Source: Camelus ferus
Taxonomy: Eukaryota
Length of the DNA: 64,000 nt
Assembly: GCF_009834535.1 (NCBI RefSeq)
Contig: NC_045696.1
Span: 6,264,001 to 6,328,000, forward strand
Reading direction: 5' to 3'
The notes beneath the pieces are model-generated. The model worked only from the letters and a program-made list of their open reading frames with translations. It was not told the DNA's origin and searched no databases. Position 1 is the first letter of the stretch; each line of letters begins with the position of its first letter. Positions 51,206 to 64,000 of the stretch are shown here, in pieces. A program made the translations under genes and the position numbers.

Positions 51206-52967
51206 CAAAACTCTTTTTCAAGATTGATGAATGAAGCCATTGAGCACCACTTGCTTGTCTTCAGTCGGTCAGTGCCTTTTAAGAAATTCTTCCTCAAAGC
51301 AGACTGTATTTTGAAGTCCTAGGCTTCCTATGTGTGACTTTCGAAAACTCCTGGACTTGAGTGTTGTTTTGGCCATCACAACTTTGATGAAACACCCAAA
51401 ACAACCTACTCTCCCAAACTCTAAAAGAAAAACAGTAGAAATTGGTTTTGAAAAAAATCACAAATTGGTCTTCTGTCAACAATGACTTTTGGGCCCATGC
51501 AGAGGTTCAGATTAGTAGGTAAGTCATCTCAGGATTGTAGGCAGAGACTGAAGATCAGAGTGGACCTATGTTGTATTGTCTGTCTTGGGAAATTAGTGAG
51601 TGAAGGAGCTGTCCAGCAGGAGAGAGGCGAGCTACGAAGACTTTATTTGCACATAACATTCTCTAGTTCTTTGTTGCAGTACAAGTAGAAATGAAGCGTT
51701 TGGTGTGCGCTCTTGTGTGTGTGTGTGTGCATGCACGTGCGTGTGTGTGGCAGGGTGGGGGGAAATGTTTCTTGTGTAGGAAAAAAAAGTCTCTGTTTAC
51801 TCCTGAAACTCCTCTTGCTTACTGTATGAGAAAAAATATAAACTTGCCAAAGGCGGGCAATTTTAAGAGCATGGATACTGTGACATCGTCCGGCAGAGTT
51901 AAATATCATTTGAGCAGCTGGTACAAGAGCGGTTTGCAATGAGTTACGAGGCTCTGAAACTTTCTAAGTGAGTTTACGTGCACACTTTGTGGCGTGATAT
52001 GAAGACTTTCGTTTAGCTTAAGTGTTTGTTTTAATGAGGTACTGCCATGTAGCTCACTAAATGGAAAACATCTGAGGTACCCCAGGCAAGAGAGAAGCAA
52101 TAACTCTACAGATTTTTGAAGAAGACCAGTCATACCACAGGCTACCATTATAACAGAAAAAATAACAAGAATTTTAATACAGTTGTCTGGCCAAATATAT
52201 TAATTTAAACTGAATGCCTTTTAAAAAATATTATAGCTGTGAGGCAGGACGTTCCATTGGCAAGCATCTTCAAAACCTTCATTTTAGAGGATTCATTGAA
52301 AATTATTGAAGTGGGGCAGCCCCTGCCCGTCCGCGCATTTGGAGGAACCACTGAAAAGTCTTTGATCATTTATGTGAGGCTTCTTTGAGTTTGACACAGA
52401 GAAGCTAAAATAAGAAGAGATGCATTTTTAAGCGGGTTGACTTCTTTGCATTTGAATAAGGGCATGGCCGATAGACTGATAGCAGACACACCACGGCCAT
52501 GGAGAATTCGAGAGTCAGAACACTGTGTGGTTGTGCTTTCCAGGTCAGCAGTTCCAGTGCCCGGCTTGAGTTCACATTCAGTAATTGGTCTGATTTCTGT
52601 TCATCTCCACTGGAAATGATCTTAGAAAAAGGTGTTCTGTGACCTCGCTTGGGCGCTGCTTCTGGGTTCTAATAATTCTCGTTTGGAGAAAAAGGACATC
52701 TTTGTGTGTATCCTTTAATTTAGAAATCTGACCCCTCCAAGCGCTGGGCTTCATTTTCATCCAAAAAGCATTTTGCTGACTTCCAGATTCAGGAAACACA
52801 GAGATGAAAAAGAGATAGTGCCCCAGGGAAGCGGTGCAGCTTACTAAGTAGTTAGTTTTTACCAAAAGTCTCAAAAGTCAGTTGATGACTGCTAATAGCT
52901 CTGGGAAGCTTGTTGGGTCAAGTGATACACTCTTATTTTATTTTTTTGTCATTTTTTATCACTTCTT

Positions 52968-53340
52968 CTATTGAAGTATAGTCATTTTACAATGTTGTGT
53001 CAATTTCTGGTGTACAGCATATTGTTTCAGTCATCCATATACATACATAGATTCCTTTTCATATTCTTTTTCATTATAGCTTACTACAGGGTACTGAATA
53101 TAGTTCCCTGTGCTGTACAGTAAGACTTTGTTGTGTATCTGTTTTATAGATAGTCGTTTGTATCTGCAAATCTTGAGTTCCCAGTTTATCCCTTCCCACC
53201 CCATTCCCCCTGGTCACCATAAGTTTGTTTTCTGTGTCTGTAAATCTATTTCTGTTCTGTGAATAAGTTCATTTGTGTCTATTTTTTAGATTCCACAAAG
53301 AAGTGATATCAGATGGTATTTTTCTTTCTGTTTCTGGCTT
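52968..53340 (-). mobile_element. LINE-1 3' end fragment
   Basis: tattgaagtatagtcattttacaatg...ttagattccacaaagaagtgatatc. Confidence 0.9.
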
Positions 53341-56300
53341 CTAGTGATGTAATTTTTAATTTGATTTCTTTATATTTCTTTTGTGTCTCCCTCACGTGAA
53401 ATCACCAAGGAGACGGTCGAGGTGATAGCTTGAGTATCTGTAGAGGTCCCTGCCTTGCAGGTGTGTGGCGTTTGGAGGGAGCTGAGAGTGTGTTGAAGGC
53501 GATGTCATCAAAGGTTCCTGCTGGTCAAAGTACCTGAGAGGACAGGTGGTCCGTTCTCAGCTTCAGCACAGTGAGGGACGAGCGAAATCTCTTCTTGGAG
53601 CTGCCCTCCTCAGCCCAGTCCCTGAAGCTTCCCCCGTTACTCCAGCCTTTCCCGTAAAGCTCCCCCTTTAGACTCCTCTCCAAAGAGTCACCTGTTTCCA
53701 AACTAGACTTATTTCAGATGAAGGGATAATACAGACGTGGAGACTTCTTTCAGTTTTGTGAAATAACCTTTTGTAACGACTCCAGGAATTATCTTCCATC
53801 AGGTGAAATGGAAGCCCACGGACACATTTTCCCCTGAATACTCTCTTCATCTCTGGCTATTGGGTCTTTATTATGTGGGAAAAAATTGGTATTTGTTTTT
53901 CTCCTGAAGCCAGAAATGAGCACATTTGACTCACATATTAACAGTTCATCTTGTCAAAACTTCCCTGTGTCCAATTATCGTCGGTTGTCGTCTGTGTCTG
54001 TGAATAATGGGAAGAAAACCTCCCTGTTTCTTATCCAGGATTGTCTAGACTTACTGTGGTTCTAAAAGCAACTAGGAAGATACAAAATATTTATTCTTCT
54101 TACACTAACCCAACTTGGCTTTGCAGTGAGAGGCAAAAGAGAAAAATCATATCATAATATTTTTCTTTTTTACGTAAGTTTTTTCTTTTTAATGAACTGA
54201 TTGTCTGTGGTTGTTTTACATGAAAGAATGACCCTGTGAGGCTTTTTCTGGGCTGGGTTCTGCGGAGTGGCCTGCGCTCGGCTTCTGCCTGCCCTTGCCT
54301 CCCAGCGCTCCCCGAGCCGTCGTGTGTAATTGGAAACATGCTCACACAGCAGCACTTGACTCGGAAGACTGGTACAGACGGTTTTTCCCAGCTTTGTTTG
54401 TTCTTATTTTGTCCCTTTGCCATGATTTTTTAAAAGTTGATTTCAAATTTGCAGCTTTTAAAAGAAAACCACAAGAACACGATTTTTAATCCCTCGAGAT
54501 TTGTTTGCCCCTGTTCTACGTATAACGTAGCAATTGCTTTCATAGAGCCGAGCCAGACTTACCGAAGAATTAAAAACAGGCATCTCTTTATTCATTTAGG
54601 TTTCAAAAAAAGTCTGTTATCAGCTGAGGAAGAACCTGTCTTCCCAACGCAAAGCAGAGGTTTTTACCCCGGGCGAGTCCGAGGGGTAAGGGAAGCTGTT
54701 TACACGGATCCTTCCTCAGAACGTCAAGGAAGGGTCAATCCTTGCTTTAAGTGGTAATTTTAGCCTGTAGCCAGATCCCAGTCTTGGGGGGAAGGAAAGT
54801 CCTGGAAGAACCGTCGTGTGGCCACATGTCGAATGATGTCACCAGGCGGGGGAGGGCACCAAGAGACGATGAAGACTCTTAGGGCTTACTTTATTTGTGA
54901 ACTGTTTCTGATTATCCCGATTTGCGGGGAGGAGGGGTCACTTTGAATAACGACGCCTTGACACCCCTTCCCTGGGGAGTTCGCACCCCTGGTCACCAGA
55001 TGTGTTAGGGCAGGCGCAGCGCGCTTTCCGACCGACTGTCCTGTGAGCCACACGTGCTCAGATGCTGCCCTCCATTTATCCTTGCTGAAGGAAGGCCACA
55101 TCCGAAACCCGCTCCCCCAGTTAAAGAAGGGCCTCGATGACGATGGTTTATTATTAATGTCCACGCCTGTGGCCCAGTCATTGTTCTTTGGGTGTGACAG
55201 CTGAGCATGGGCTGGAGGTCAGCAGCGGGCAAATGGAGCCCTACTGGTCCTTTCGAGCTAAATGTTAAATACTGTGAGCATTTTCTGAGGTGAGAATTTT
55301 TGTGTTTAGACATAACCAGAAAACCCTGGGTTCTAAACCTTGAAGGGACTTTGAAGATCTTTGCTCTCGCAGGTCTCTGCAGTTTTCAGCTTCTCCCTTA
55401 GAAGCTAGAAAACTACAAAAGAATCCAATTGAAGTCAAATTCACCATCTTGAAAAAGGTCACTCTCCAGCCTCCGTCACTGTCGTCAGGAACGCCACGTA
55501 CTAGTTGAATATGTGACTGCCCATGGATGAGAGAGTCAAGGAAATGACGTGGTCTCCTCTCCAGGGAACTAACAACGTAGATCAGGGGTGGAGGGAACTG
55601 AGAGCTGTACCTGCCCACCCCTCACCTGGGGGAGGACTCTCCCCAACAGAGTCCTCACAGATGGCACGCGACCTTCTCTTGCCTCTTTCTGCTCCTAGGG
55701 GAACCTTTTGGCCTTTCTGAACAGTTCATCCTTTGGTCTTAGATAGACCCTCCAGAACCACTGAAACCCAAAGAGTAAGCAAATTCCTTTTTTAAGTGGA
55801 ACCTTTTAGGTATTTGAAGACAACACACTCTGCCTCCCTCTGAGCCTCATTTTTTTTTTTTCTTTCCCAACACAGTGCCCCTGGTTTCCTCCCCTGTCCT
55901 CTCCCATGGGTTCTATTTCTTGTACCATCCTGGCTGTTCCCCGGTGGATGTGTTCCCAGCACTAGCATCACTTTGTAAAATACCATCGCTTCCTTCTGTG
56001 CTGGTCAGACTACTTAAATAGTAAAAACTAAAAGTAAATGTGATCTTTCAGATTTGATCCAAGTAGCAGAGTGTCTTAAACTGTGGGGTGCTCTCTCTGA
56101 GTCACCCACAATGTGTCATGAGAGCCTATTTCTCCCTACTTTGACTTGACTATCCTTTTATATGTGTGTGAGAAGAGATTTACTGGAGAACTTCACTACA
56201 TTTGTATGTGTGGTTAAGTTATATAAATAGTTACTTGCACATTAGTGCAGATAATTCACAAAAATATAAAGTTAGAGACAGTCTGGAATCCTATTCTGCA

Positions 56301-56631
56301 GAAATGACAGTGATGGAATGTGCCACTCAAAATGAAAACAACGTACAATACGGGGTCTGTATGTGTACGATTATATGTGTGTTTATTTTTAGGTTTGGAG
56401 AGAGTTATGAAAGGATGGGCACCAAAGTGTTAACGATGACTTGACTTTTTAATAAAAAGAATGTGATACATCTGCATCCATGCTTGTAGGTATCTCCATC
56501 TCTGTCTGAACCAAGACTGCCTAAAAGGACTAAATGTGTAAAGTGATGATGTGTATCTTGACAGAGGGACTAAAGATACCCATCAGTACGTTACATATTT
56601 GATTCTAATTTGATATTCTGTTGCTTCATAT

Positions 56632-57148
56632 TGTTACCGAGTCCAAACTCATCCTGCTCCCTGCATGACAGGCAAATGAAAAGGGGGATGAGGTGTTGGG
56701 GCAAGGAATAATGACTTTATTCAGAAAGCCAGCAGACTGAGAAGAGGAGGGGACTAATGTCCTAGAGACCCATCTTACCCAGGTCGGATTTTGGGCTCCT
56801 TTTGTACTAAAAGGGGAGGGAGCGTGGTTGCTTGTTGCAAATGTCTTGGAGTCAGAATCCTTGTTCTTTCAGCTGTCCACGTGGGTCAGGTCATGATGTT
56901 CCCATAAACCTCCAACAAAACAAATGTTATTCTCTGTTCTGCAGCTTTTTATCTCTATGTGAATGGAAATGTGTTTTTACTCTTAAAGGTCAGAGCCTTG
57001 AGAATGGGCTCTCCTGTAGATTTCAGGCTCCAGGCAACATTCTTTTACAAAAGGTGCAGAACCAGCAGGACTCAGCACAGGAAACAGAGCCCAGGGTTGG
57101 AGCTGAAGGAACAGGTGTAACATGGACTCAGACTGTTCTTCCCTTCTG
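56632..57148 (-). mobile_element. Solo ERV LTR
   Basis: Begins TGTTACCGAGTCCAAACTC; gactttattc (minus-strand polyA signal); gtcagaatccttgttc...ggtcaggtcatgatgttcccataaacctccaacaa is LTR-like. 3' boundary and TSD unclear. Confidence 0.7.
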
Positions 57149-57199
57149 AGGTATAGTTGACATAGTTTCTAAGAAGATATCGATTGCTCCCCCACTTAG

Positions 57200-57860
57200 C
57201 CTTCCCCCACCCCAGTTCTACCCATCTTAGTAATGGGACACCCGTTCACTCAGATGTTTAGTCCCCAAAACTTGGCATTGTTGTTTCCTCTTTCTCTCAC
57301 ATCCAATCCATCAATATGTTCTGTAGGCTCTGCCTTCCAAGCACATCCCCAGGTGTCCGCGCCTCACCTCCTCCACCACTGCATCTGAATTCCAGTCACG
57401 AGGCCATCCTCTTGGACTCTGAGATGGCCCGTCACTCGTCCCCCTGCTCCCACGCTTCCTCTCTTGGCCCCTCTAGTCTCTTCACCGAGAAGTCAGAGTG
57501 TTTTCTTCAAAGTGCAGATCGGGTGGTATGTCTGCTGAACAGTATCCCATGTCTTGTTCAGCCGTTTGAATAAAATCCAAACTCCTTTGCATGTTCCTAA
57601 GGCCCTGCACCATCTAGCCTGCCTCCCGGCACCAGCAGCGCACTCTGCTGCAGCCGCACTGGCTCTAACTGGTTCTAGAACAGTCCACGTTCATTCCCAC
57701 CTCGGGCCCCTGCGCTCCCACGGCCCTGGGCACTCTTCCCCGTGAATTGTCTGGCTGCCTCCCTCACATTCGTCCCCTCTCTGCCCCAGATTCACCCCTA
57801 GAGAGCCCAGCTCTGACCACCCTACCAAAAAAGAGCTATTTCTCATCTCCCAGTGGTTTT
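57200..57860 (+). mobile_element. Degraded L2 fragment
   Basis: cacatccaatccatcaat...ctctgccttccaagcacatccc...aataaaatccaaactccttt...aaggccctgcaccatctagcc. Confidence 0.65.
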
Positions 57861-57889
57861 TACTTTTTTTCAAGGTATATATCTTTTTC

Positions 57890-58450
57890 TTTTCTTTTTA
57901 TTGAAGTATAGTCAGCTTACAATGTCCTGTCAATTTCTGGTGTACAGCATCATGTTTTAGTCATAGATAACACGTACACATATTCCTTTTCATATTCTTT
58001 TTATTATAGTTTACTACAGGGTATTGAATATAGCGCCCTGTGCTATACAGAAGGATCTTTAGTTTGTTTAATTTATATATAGTAGGGTATATCTGTTAAT
58101 CCCAAACTCCTAATTTAGCCTCCCTCCTTCCCCTTTGGTAACCATAAGTTTGTTCTCTACATCTGTGAGTCTGTTTCTGTCTTGTAAATAAGTTCAGTTG
58201 TATCTTTTTTTTTAAGATGTCATATATATATGTATGTGGCTGTCCATATATCAAGATATATGGAATGTTGACAATGATATATGATAAGTGATATCATAGA
58301 ATATTTCTCTTTCTCTGTCTGACTTCACTTAGTGTGATCATCTCCAGGTCCATCCATGTTGGTGCAAATGGCATGATTTCATTCTTTTTTATAGCTGAGT
58401 AGTATTCCATTGTGTATATATTCCTCATCTTCTTTATCCAATCATCTGCA
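57890..58450 (-). mobile_element. LINE-1 3' end fragment with internal insertion
   Basis: ttattgaagtatagtcagcttacaatg...tccatccatgttggtgcaaatggcat...tctttatccaatcatc. Confidence 0.9.
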
Positions 58451-58654
58451 TCCTATGATATTGTCATATCAACACGTGGCTTCCAGGGCCACCCCACCCC
58501 ACTGTAGCAGGGGAAAGAAGAGCACATAGAACTCATACCTGTCTGTGCGTTCTATTTGATACCTGGAGCACCAGTGACATCCTTCACATGTGTTCACAGT
58601 CCAGTGGCCAGAGTCTGTCACATGGACCCACATGAGAAGGTGAAGGAAGAGAGT

Positions 58655-58842
58655 GGGTGATGCTTTTACAAACCAAGGAACACCAAAGATGCCACCAAAC
58701 CAGCAGAAGCTGGGGGACCACCAGGGGACACACTCTCCCTCACACCCTCAGAGGGAACCAACAGAACCATGAGACAATACGTTTCTGTTGTGTAAGCCCC
58801 CAGCCTGGAGTACTTTGTTGTGGCATCCATACAAAACTAACA
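58655..58842 (+). mobile_element. MLT1 LTR 3' part
   Basis: aaccaaggaacaccaaagatgcc...gagacaatacgtttctgttgtgtaagcc...tactttgttgtggcatccatacaaaactaaca. Confidence 0.8.
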
Positions 58843-61800
58843 TGCAGCCCTGGTGGAAGTGAAGTCACTTAGGAGCTCTGTGTTGTGCCTGACTCATTGG
58901 CCTGTTGAAGATAATCCCACAAAACCCACACGTGACAAATATGGTTGTTTAGTAACCCCTGAGCTCAAAGCTTTTCCTGGCAAGGCGATTCACACGGTAT
59001 TGAGTCGTCCTTTGGTCTTTGACAGACTCTGCTCTTAATGGAAAGTTCCAGCTCTGTCTCTGGTGTCCCTCCGAGAGATGGAGCTGGGGGTGAGCTCCAC
59101 TGAAGAAGAGCAGAAGCAGCAAACACCGTGGGCCACCTTTCAATCAAGAGCAGTCCTCTTCAGGCCCTCCCTTGGGGCCACAGTCCTGTCCCTCATCAGC
59201 TCTGTGGCGTCCTGGCCGGGAACTCGACATTCTAAGGAATGATTTCAGGAGTCACTCCTCAGCATTCACTAAGCATCATCCGTGTCCTGAGCAGGCAGGA
59301 AGCTGCCTACCACAGGGGTTTCCAGACGAGGGCGTATTAAAACGCGGTTTCCTGACCTTCCTCGGAAATGCTGATTCCGATGGGAAAGGGGGTGGGAGCC
59401 CCAGGTTTCGAGGGAGCCGCGCCTCTCACCTCCATCCAGCCCCCCAGCGGTGCTGCTGCTGCTGCTTTGCAGATCGCGTTCTGAGCAGCTCTGCCCTCCC
59501 CCAGGACCGGTCCACGCTCTGTCCCCCGCCTCGGTGACTTTCCTTCGCACGACTTCGGTTGGTTGTTGTGCCCCTGGATTTCACCGAGAGCCAGTGTGGG
59601 GCAGACCATGCCTTTGGTGTCTGTGGCCGTCTCGGACAAGTCCTCCCAAGCGCGCTGCTCGTTTTGTTGCTTGGTTGTCCCTCATGGAAAATGACCCTCA
59701 ATTCTGAGGATGTAGGTAAATGGACTCTCTTCTTATTTCTGGATTGCTTCATAGATGGTAAAAACTCTGTCCTCCTGTTTCTCTGGTTACTTTGTCTAAA
59801 AAGATGCTCTGAACTAGGAACTTTCTCAAAGGCTACAGCTTCACTTGAACAGAATGCCTAACGTAAAAATTTCCAACTCTTAGCATAATGCTTGATTTTT
59901 TTTTTCTTTCATGTGTCCTAATAATGTTCGTATAACTGCTTTTTTTTCTTTAAAAAAGTAACTTTTTCATTACAAAGTTAATAGTGGTAGATATTTTAGG
60001 AAATAAAGTTAATAAAAAGAAAAATAACCCCCCCTTAGACCCATCTTGTGGAGATAACACCTATTATTTTTAGGTATTAGTCGTCTAGTTAATATGGAAA
60101 CTTATTTTAATTAAATTACATAATTAAATATAATTATATTTAATTAATTATATAATATAAATTATAAGAACATAACATACATTTATTTTAAAAATAAAAT
60201 TGAAACGATTTAAATTGCTGAAATTAAGCATATTTAACTGAGAGGTTTATTTAGTGCTCTATTTGTTTATCTATATAATCATATCTTCTGCCCTGGCGTA
60301 GTCTCCTATGACATAGTAAAGGCTCTACTATATTCTCACAGCGCTAGTTTGACTCTTTTAGGTAGTTTCTGGTTTTTCACTATCATAGACAAAATTGTGA
60401 TTAATATTATAGTAGATACATGTAATTTATCTAGTATAAAATTCTGGAAATGGATTTATTAGGTGAGAGAGAGGAAGGGAGAGGGAGAGAGGTGCAGAGT
60501 GGAGCGTCCATTTTCCTCCTAATCACCTCTGGCTCTGGGTTCCTGCTTCTAGGGAATTTGGTCCATTCATGGATTATTTCACTTTCCTTGACATTCAGTC
60601 CCTGTCCTCCAGCCACGCCCCAGAGGAGAGAGCGTCCCCTTTCCCTGAGTTTCCGCAGTGCCTTGCTCATGCACAGCATCTGTGTATGTCACGGACCACA
60701 GCCTCCCTGCTTCCGGACTCCTGGTACAATCCCCCCATCTCTGAATTCACGCCCTCTCCCACCCCGGAGTTCCCGTTCCCCAACAAGAGTCGAAACAGTA
60801 TTCTTTTCAAAGACTGGAGTCCAGTGTATCCCTGTTAACGTCACTGCCTCACGGAAGAATCCAGCTCGATGTTTGCTCAACCCCTCATCGGCTCAGTTGG
60901 CTCCCAGTCAACCTTATACCCACAGACCCGTGTCTCAATCAAAGGTGTGATCGCTAAGGAATGGTGAATATGCTGCCATTTCAGGCTTGCTTTCTCCCTC
61001 TCCTTTGCCAGTTCTAGGATCTGACAGATGTACAGAGATCAGTTTTCCCCTTAATATAACTGTGCCTCTCCTCCGCTCTAAGAAGCTATCCTGGCTGAAG
61101 TCAGTTAAATAACAACACATAGGAGGGAAAGTCAGTGGGATCTTGAGGGTGGACTGGACCGTGGGGCTGAGGCCATGAGATGGCTCTCAAACAGCCGCTA
61201 GAATCTTGACTTGAGGGTGGGAAGAACGCCGGAGGGAAAGCACCGGGGAGACCTCTGCACTGGGTCCGGATCACGTTTCATTGAAGGTGAGACATCTGGC
61301 AGGCATTTGGAGGTACAGATCTGAGTCTCGAGGGGTGTCAGGGCTCGGGTAGCTGTGAAGGCATCAGTCTAAGAGGTGGATGTGAACATAGCCTCTCTCG
61401 GAGAAAGTAGGCAGGGACCTGATCGAGGACTACTGTCCAGGAGAGGTGGTGGAATGGGAGCCAGGGAGGAGATGTGGGTGGTGTCACCTCTTCTGCCAGG
61501 ATCCTCACATCACACCAGCAGACTTGGGTCTTAAGACCCCTCTTAGGTTGTCTTTCCTCATTTTCTTGCAATATCTGAAATAAATTTCCCTTTCAGTTTT
61601 TCAAATTCATTTTCTGATCTCTTTTCAGTAATTACATGTGCTGTTAATGCTGCATCAAGCTCCACTCCTTTCAACAGTGGTTCTGTGTCCAAAGCAGCTC
61701 TCACTCCTTCTCCGATGGATTCTTAATTTATGACTGGTGGTCTCGTTCTTTGAAATTAGCACGAGTCCTTCGTTTTGCATTCGTTCTGTACTTTTAAGAA

Positions 61801-63149
61801 GAATTTCAAACAGAGGAGTCTTGGGAAGTCTCTTGCAGGAGCATTTCAGAAGTTATTTTCAGAAGTTATTTTCAGAAGTGCTCAGGTCGGCCTGGGAGGT
61901 CACCCATTAGACTTGGAAACATTTCCAAAATGAAGAACGCTGTTTCTGCCGCCGGAATTCCTTGCTCTGGGGAACCCGTGTCTTCTCCACCTCAACCTCA
62001 CTAAAGAAAACCTAACCTCTCTCACCTCTTCTGTATTTTGGAGTTTCTAGTAACGGGATGTTTTGTTATCAAGGATTCTCTTGCTTCTTACTGTTTAACT
62101 GTGCAATGATGTTTCTAAAAATGCTCTGAAATGGAGCCGGGAGAGTCAGCGGCAGTTTTGTTGCAGCTCTGTGCCTTTGGGTGGCTGAGGCTGAGGGATT
62201 TCAGTGCAGGAGCTCATTTAGTTCTGTGCCGGTTCTGTTGATGAGCCGTTTGAAATGAGCAGCAAAGAGTCACGTATACGAGGCATCGACTCGCCTCCCA
62301 GCCAGCTGTGGTTGTGTAACGCTTCCTGGTCCGGTGGTCAACAAGTTGCTGCCACTTGGTGACATACTTGAATTTATTCTTTGTTTATAGAAATTCCAGC
62401 CAGAAAGACTCACAGTTTTGGCAGTGGATTAAAGCCATTTAAGGTAGATTTTTGACACTGTAATTGAATGTGAGCACAAGTCAAATAGTGCTTCCATATT
62501 CCTGACAGTGGGGAGGACTCCAGAGCTGGCAGTGTCACTGTCTAGCTCGGGTTAGGTCTCAGGGATTCCAAAGAAAGCTTTGATTTGTAAATGGTTGGGT
62601 CGAATGGTGCCTTCCAAAAGTGTATCTTTGAGAGGGTTGAACTACCAAAACAAATGAAAGAAAATTGGATTAATTTGAATAATTCTGTTGCTTTGATTCC
62701 AAATCCTTGAACACCTACAAAAACAGAATGCCTCTTAAAAGTACAGCTTTGCTTTTGGACACTGGGACTCTGTTTCTGTTTCTGAGCCGGAGGAACCAGC
62801 CGTGTATTTTTAGATGGATGGAGGCGTCCAAAGGAGAATGAAGGTAGCTGAGAAGCCCTTCCAGGGTGCTGGTCGGAGATGACTGGGCTTCTTGGAGCTT
62901 TCGGCATGAATTCCTTTCAAATTGTGTTTTTGAAAACAGATCCAGGCCCTTTCTGTTATTGATTGTTTTCATATGAAATAACATTGAAATCCAGTAGCAA
63001 ATTGGGCTGGATGTAGATGAGTATTCCACATGGGTAACTGGGACTTTACTGAGAATTACGCTAATGGATGGAGTGAGAATCAGACACAGAACATTAACCC
63101 GGGTTGGAAGCCCAGAGGCGCAATTCAGGACGACCACTAGTTCCGTGGT

Positions 63150-63350
63150 CAGAGAGCTCTTTGTTGTAACTCTGGCCCTGCCTCTTACTTTCTGACTCTG
63201 GATAAAGGACTTAGCCTGTCCCAGCCTCAGTTTCTTCATCTGTAAAATGGGAAGAATAGCATCCAGTTCAGAGGATTGTGGTAAGAATTAAAGATGAATG
63301 ATTAATGTACACAAAGCATTTACTGGGATTCCTGGCATATGATAACTTAG
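63150..63350 (+). mobile_element. MIR SINE
   Basis: gcctcagtttcttcatctgtaaaatgggaagaatag...gaggattgtggtaagaattaaa...cctggcatat. Confidence 0.85.
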
Positions 63351-64000
63351 TAGTGTTTATACCATAATTGTAATAACCAGTACCACTCTTTGGATAAAAT
63401 AGTGAAGAGATGTTTTCTTAGAAAATTTTTTTTTCCTGAGTATTTTGGGGGAGATGTCAGTGACAGCTACTCATTAGAATGTTTATTATAAGTACAGACT
63501 GGGTGTTATATAAGATATAGCAACAAGAACAGCACTCTCTGGATTCTGTGAAAAGGCACAGGGAGAACATAATGGATTATTTATCTGCAGTAGACAACCG
63601 ACTATTGGCTAGACAACCGACTTTTAAGATACCAAATGCCCAGGCAGCAGCTGCTTGGGAAACGCAGACAGGATCGGCGCATCCACCCACACTATTTTCA
63701 GCCTGCCCTCCCCGCTGCCTAGGTGTGTTTGTTAAGAACTATAGGCCCTTTAGGGAGGGAACCTGGAAGCCTGTGATGCAATGGCATCGAATGAAAAGAT
63801 TTTGAGTGGAAATCTGGGCTGCCCCAAACACAAAGCCTCCTTTGATAAAGCATCTTGTGCAGCCAAAGTCGCTCCCACGTAAGAAATAACTACCCTAGCT
63901 CATATGGAGCAACTCATTTCTTCCCCAAACACGTTTTATGTCCAAAGGAAATAGTCTAATAGGGCTTATACCTTCTTTTTTGGGTTGTTTTATTTCCATC

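Larger units (their letters stand above)
1..64000 (+). other. ERG: Internal portion of the ERG transcription unit (5' introns plus two exons); first exon and all ETS/PNT-coding exons lie outside the window
   Basis: Two exons matching recalled human ERG exons 2 and 3 occur in the correct order on +, with canonical AG/GT boundaries. No EALSVVSEDQ or MASTIK exon was seen, so the gene is inferred to extend beyond both ends. Confidence 0.88.

Noticed and set aside
61844..61879. 13-bp tandem TTTCAGAAGTTAT x2.8 as a STAT or HSF array
   Set aside because: TTC-N-GAA spacing fits neither TTCN3GAA nor TTCN2GAA; a simple slippage duplication is more likely.
62715..63239. 174-aa minus-strand ORF
   Set aside because: Starts inside a MIR (MKKLRL is the typical MIR antisense translation) and has no recognisable homology.
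1..64000. CRISPR array, operon or other prokaryote-type system; second protein-coding gene
   Set aside because: The sequence is mammalian intron; recurring motifs are dispersed L1 copies rather than repeat-spacer arrays, and I recognised no other exons.

Overview
Mammalian genomic DNA, very likely from a camelid (alpaca, llama or camel), based on a vic-1-type tRNA-Ala-derived SINE at about 12489-12584. The window lies inside the 5' part of the ETS transcription factor gene ERG on the + strand. I can support two exons. The first is a 5'-UTR exon at 15836-15948, matching my recollection of human ERG exon 2. The second is the exon at 23999-24086, which carries the start codon and encodes MIQTVPDPAAHIK, the N-terminus of the long ERG isoforms. 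Everything else is intronic: about 12 truncated copies of a lineage L1 3' end in both orientations, older L1M/L2/MIR, MaLR/ERV LTRs, hAT MITEs and microsatellites. Almost all ORFs in the supplied track are spurious. I see no novel multi-gene system. The most interesting signals are in the ERG leader: three upstream AUGs, one in strong Kozak context with a stop 5 nt before the main AUG; a phase-0 15-codon frame that could give an alternative N-terminus; an exonic A16 run; and AP-1/MARE sites. Inverted L1 pairs and several fold-back elements are also of interest. Repeat family names come from recalled consensus sequences, and repeat boundaries are approximate.
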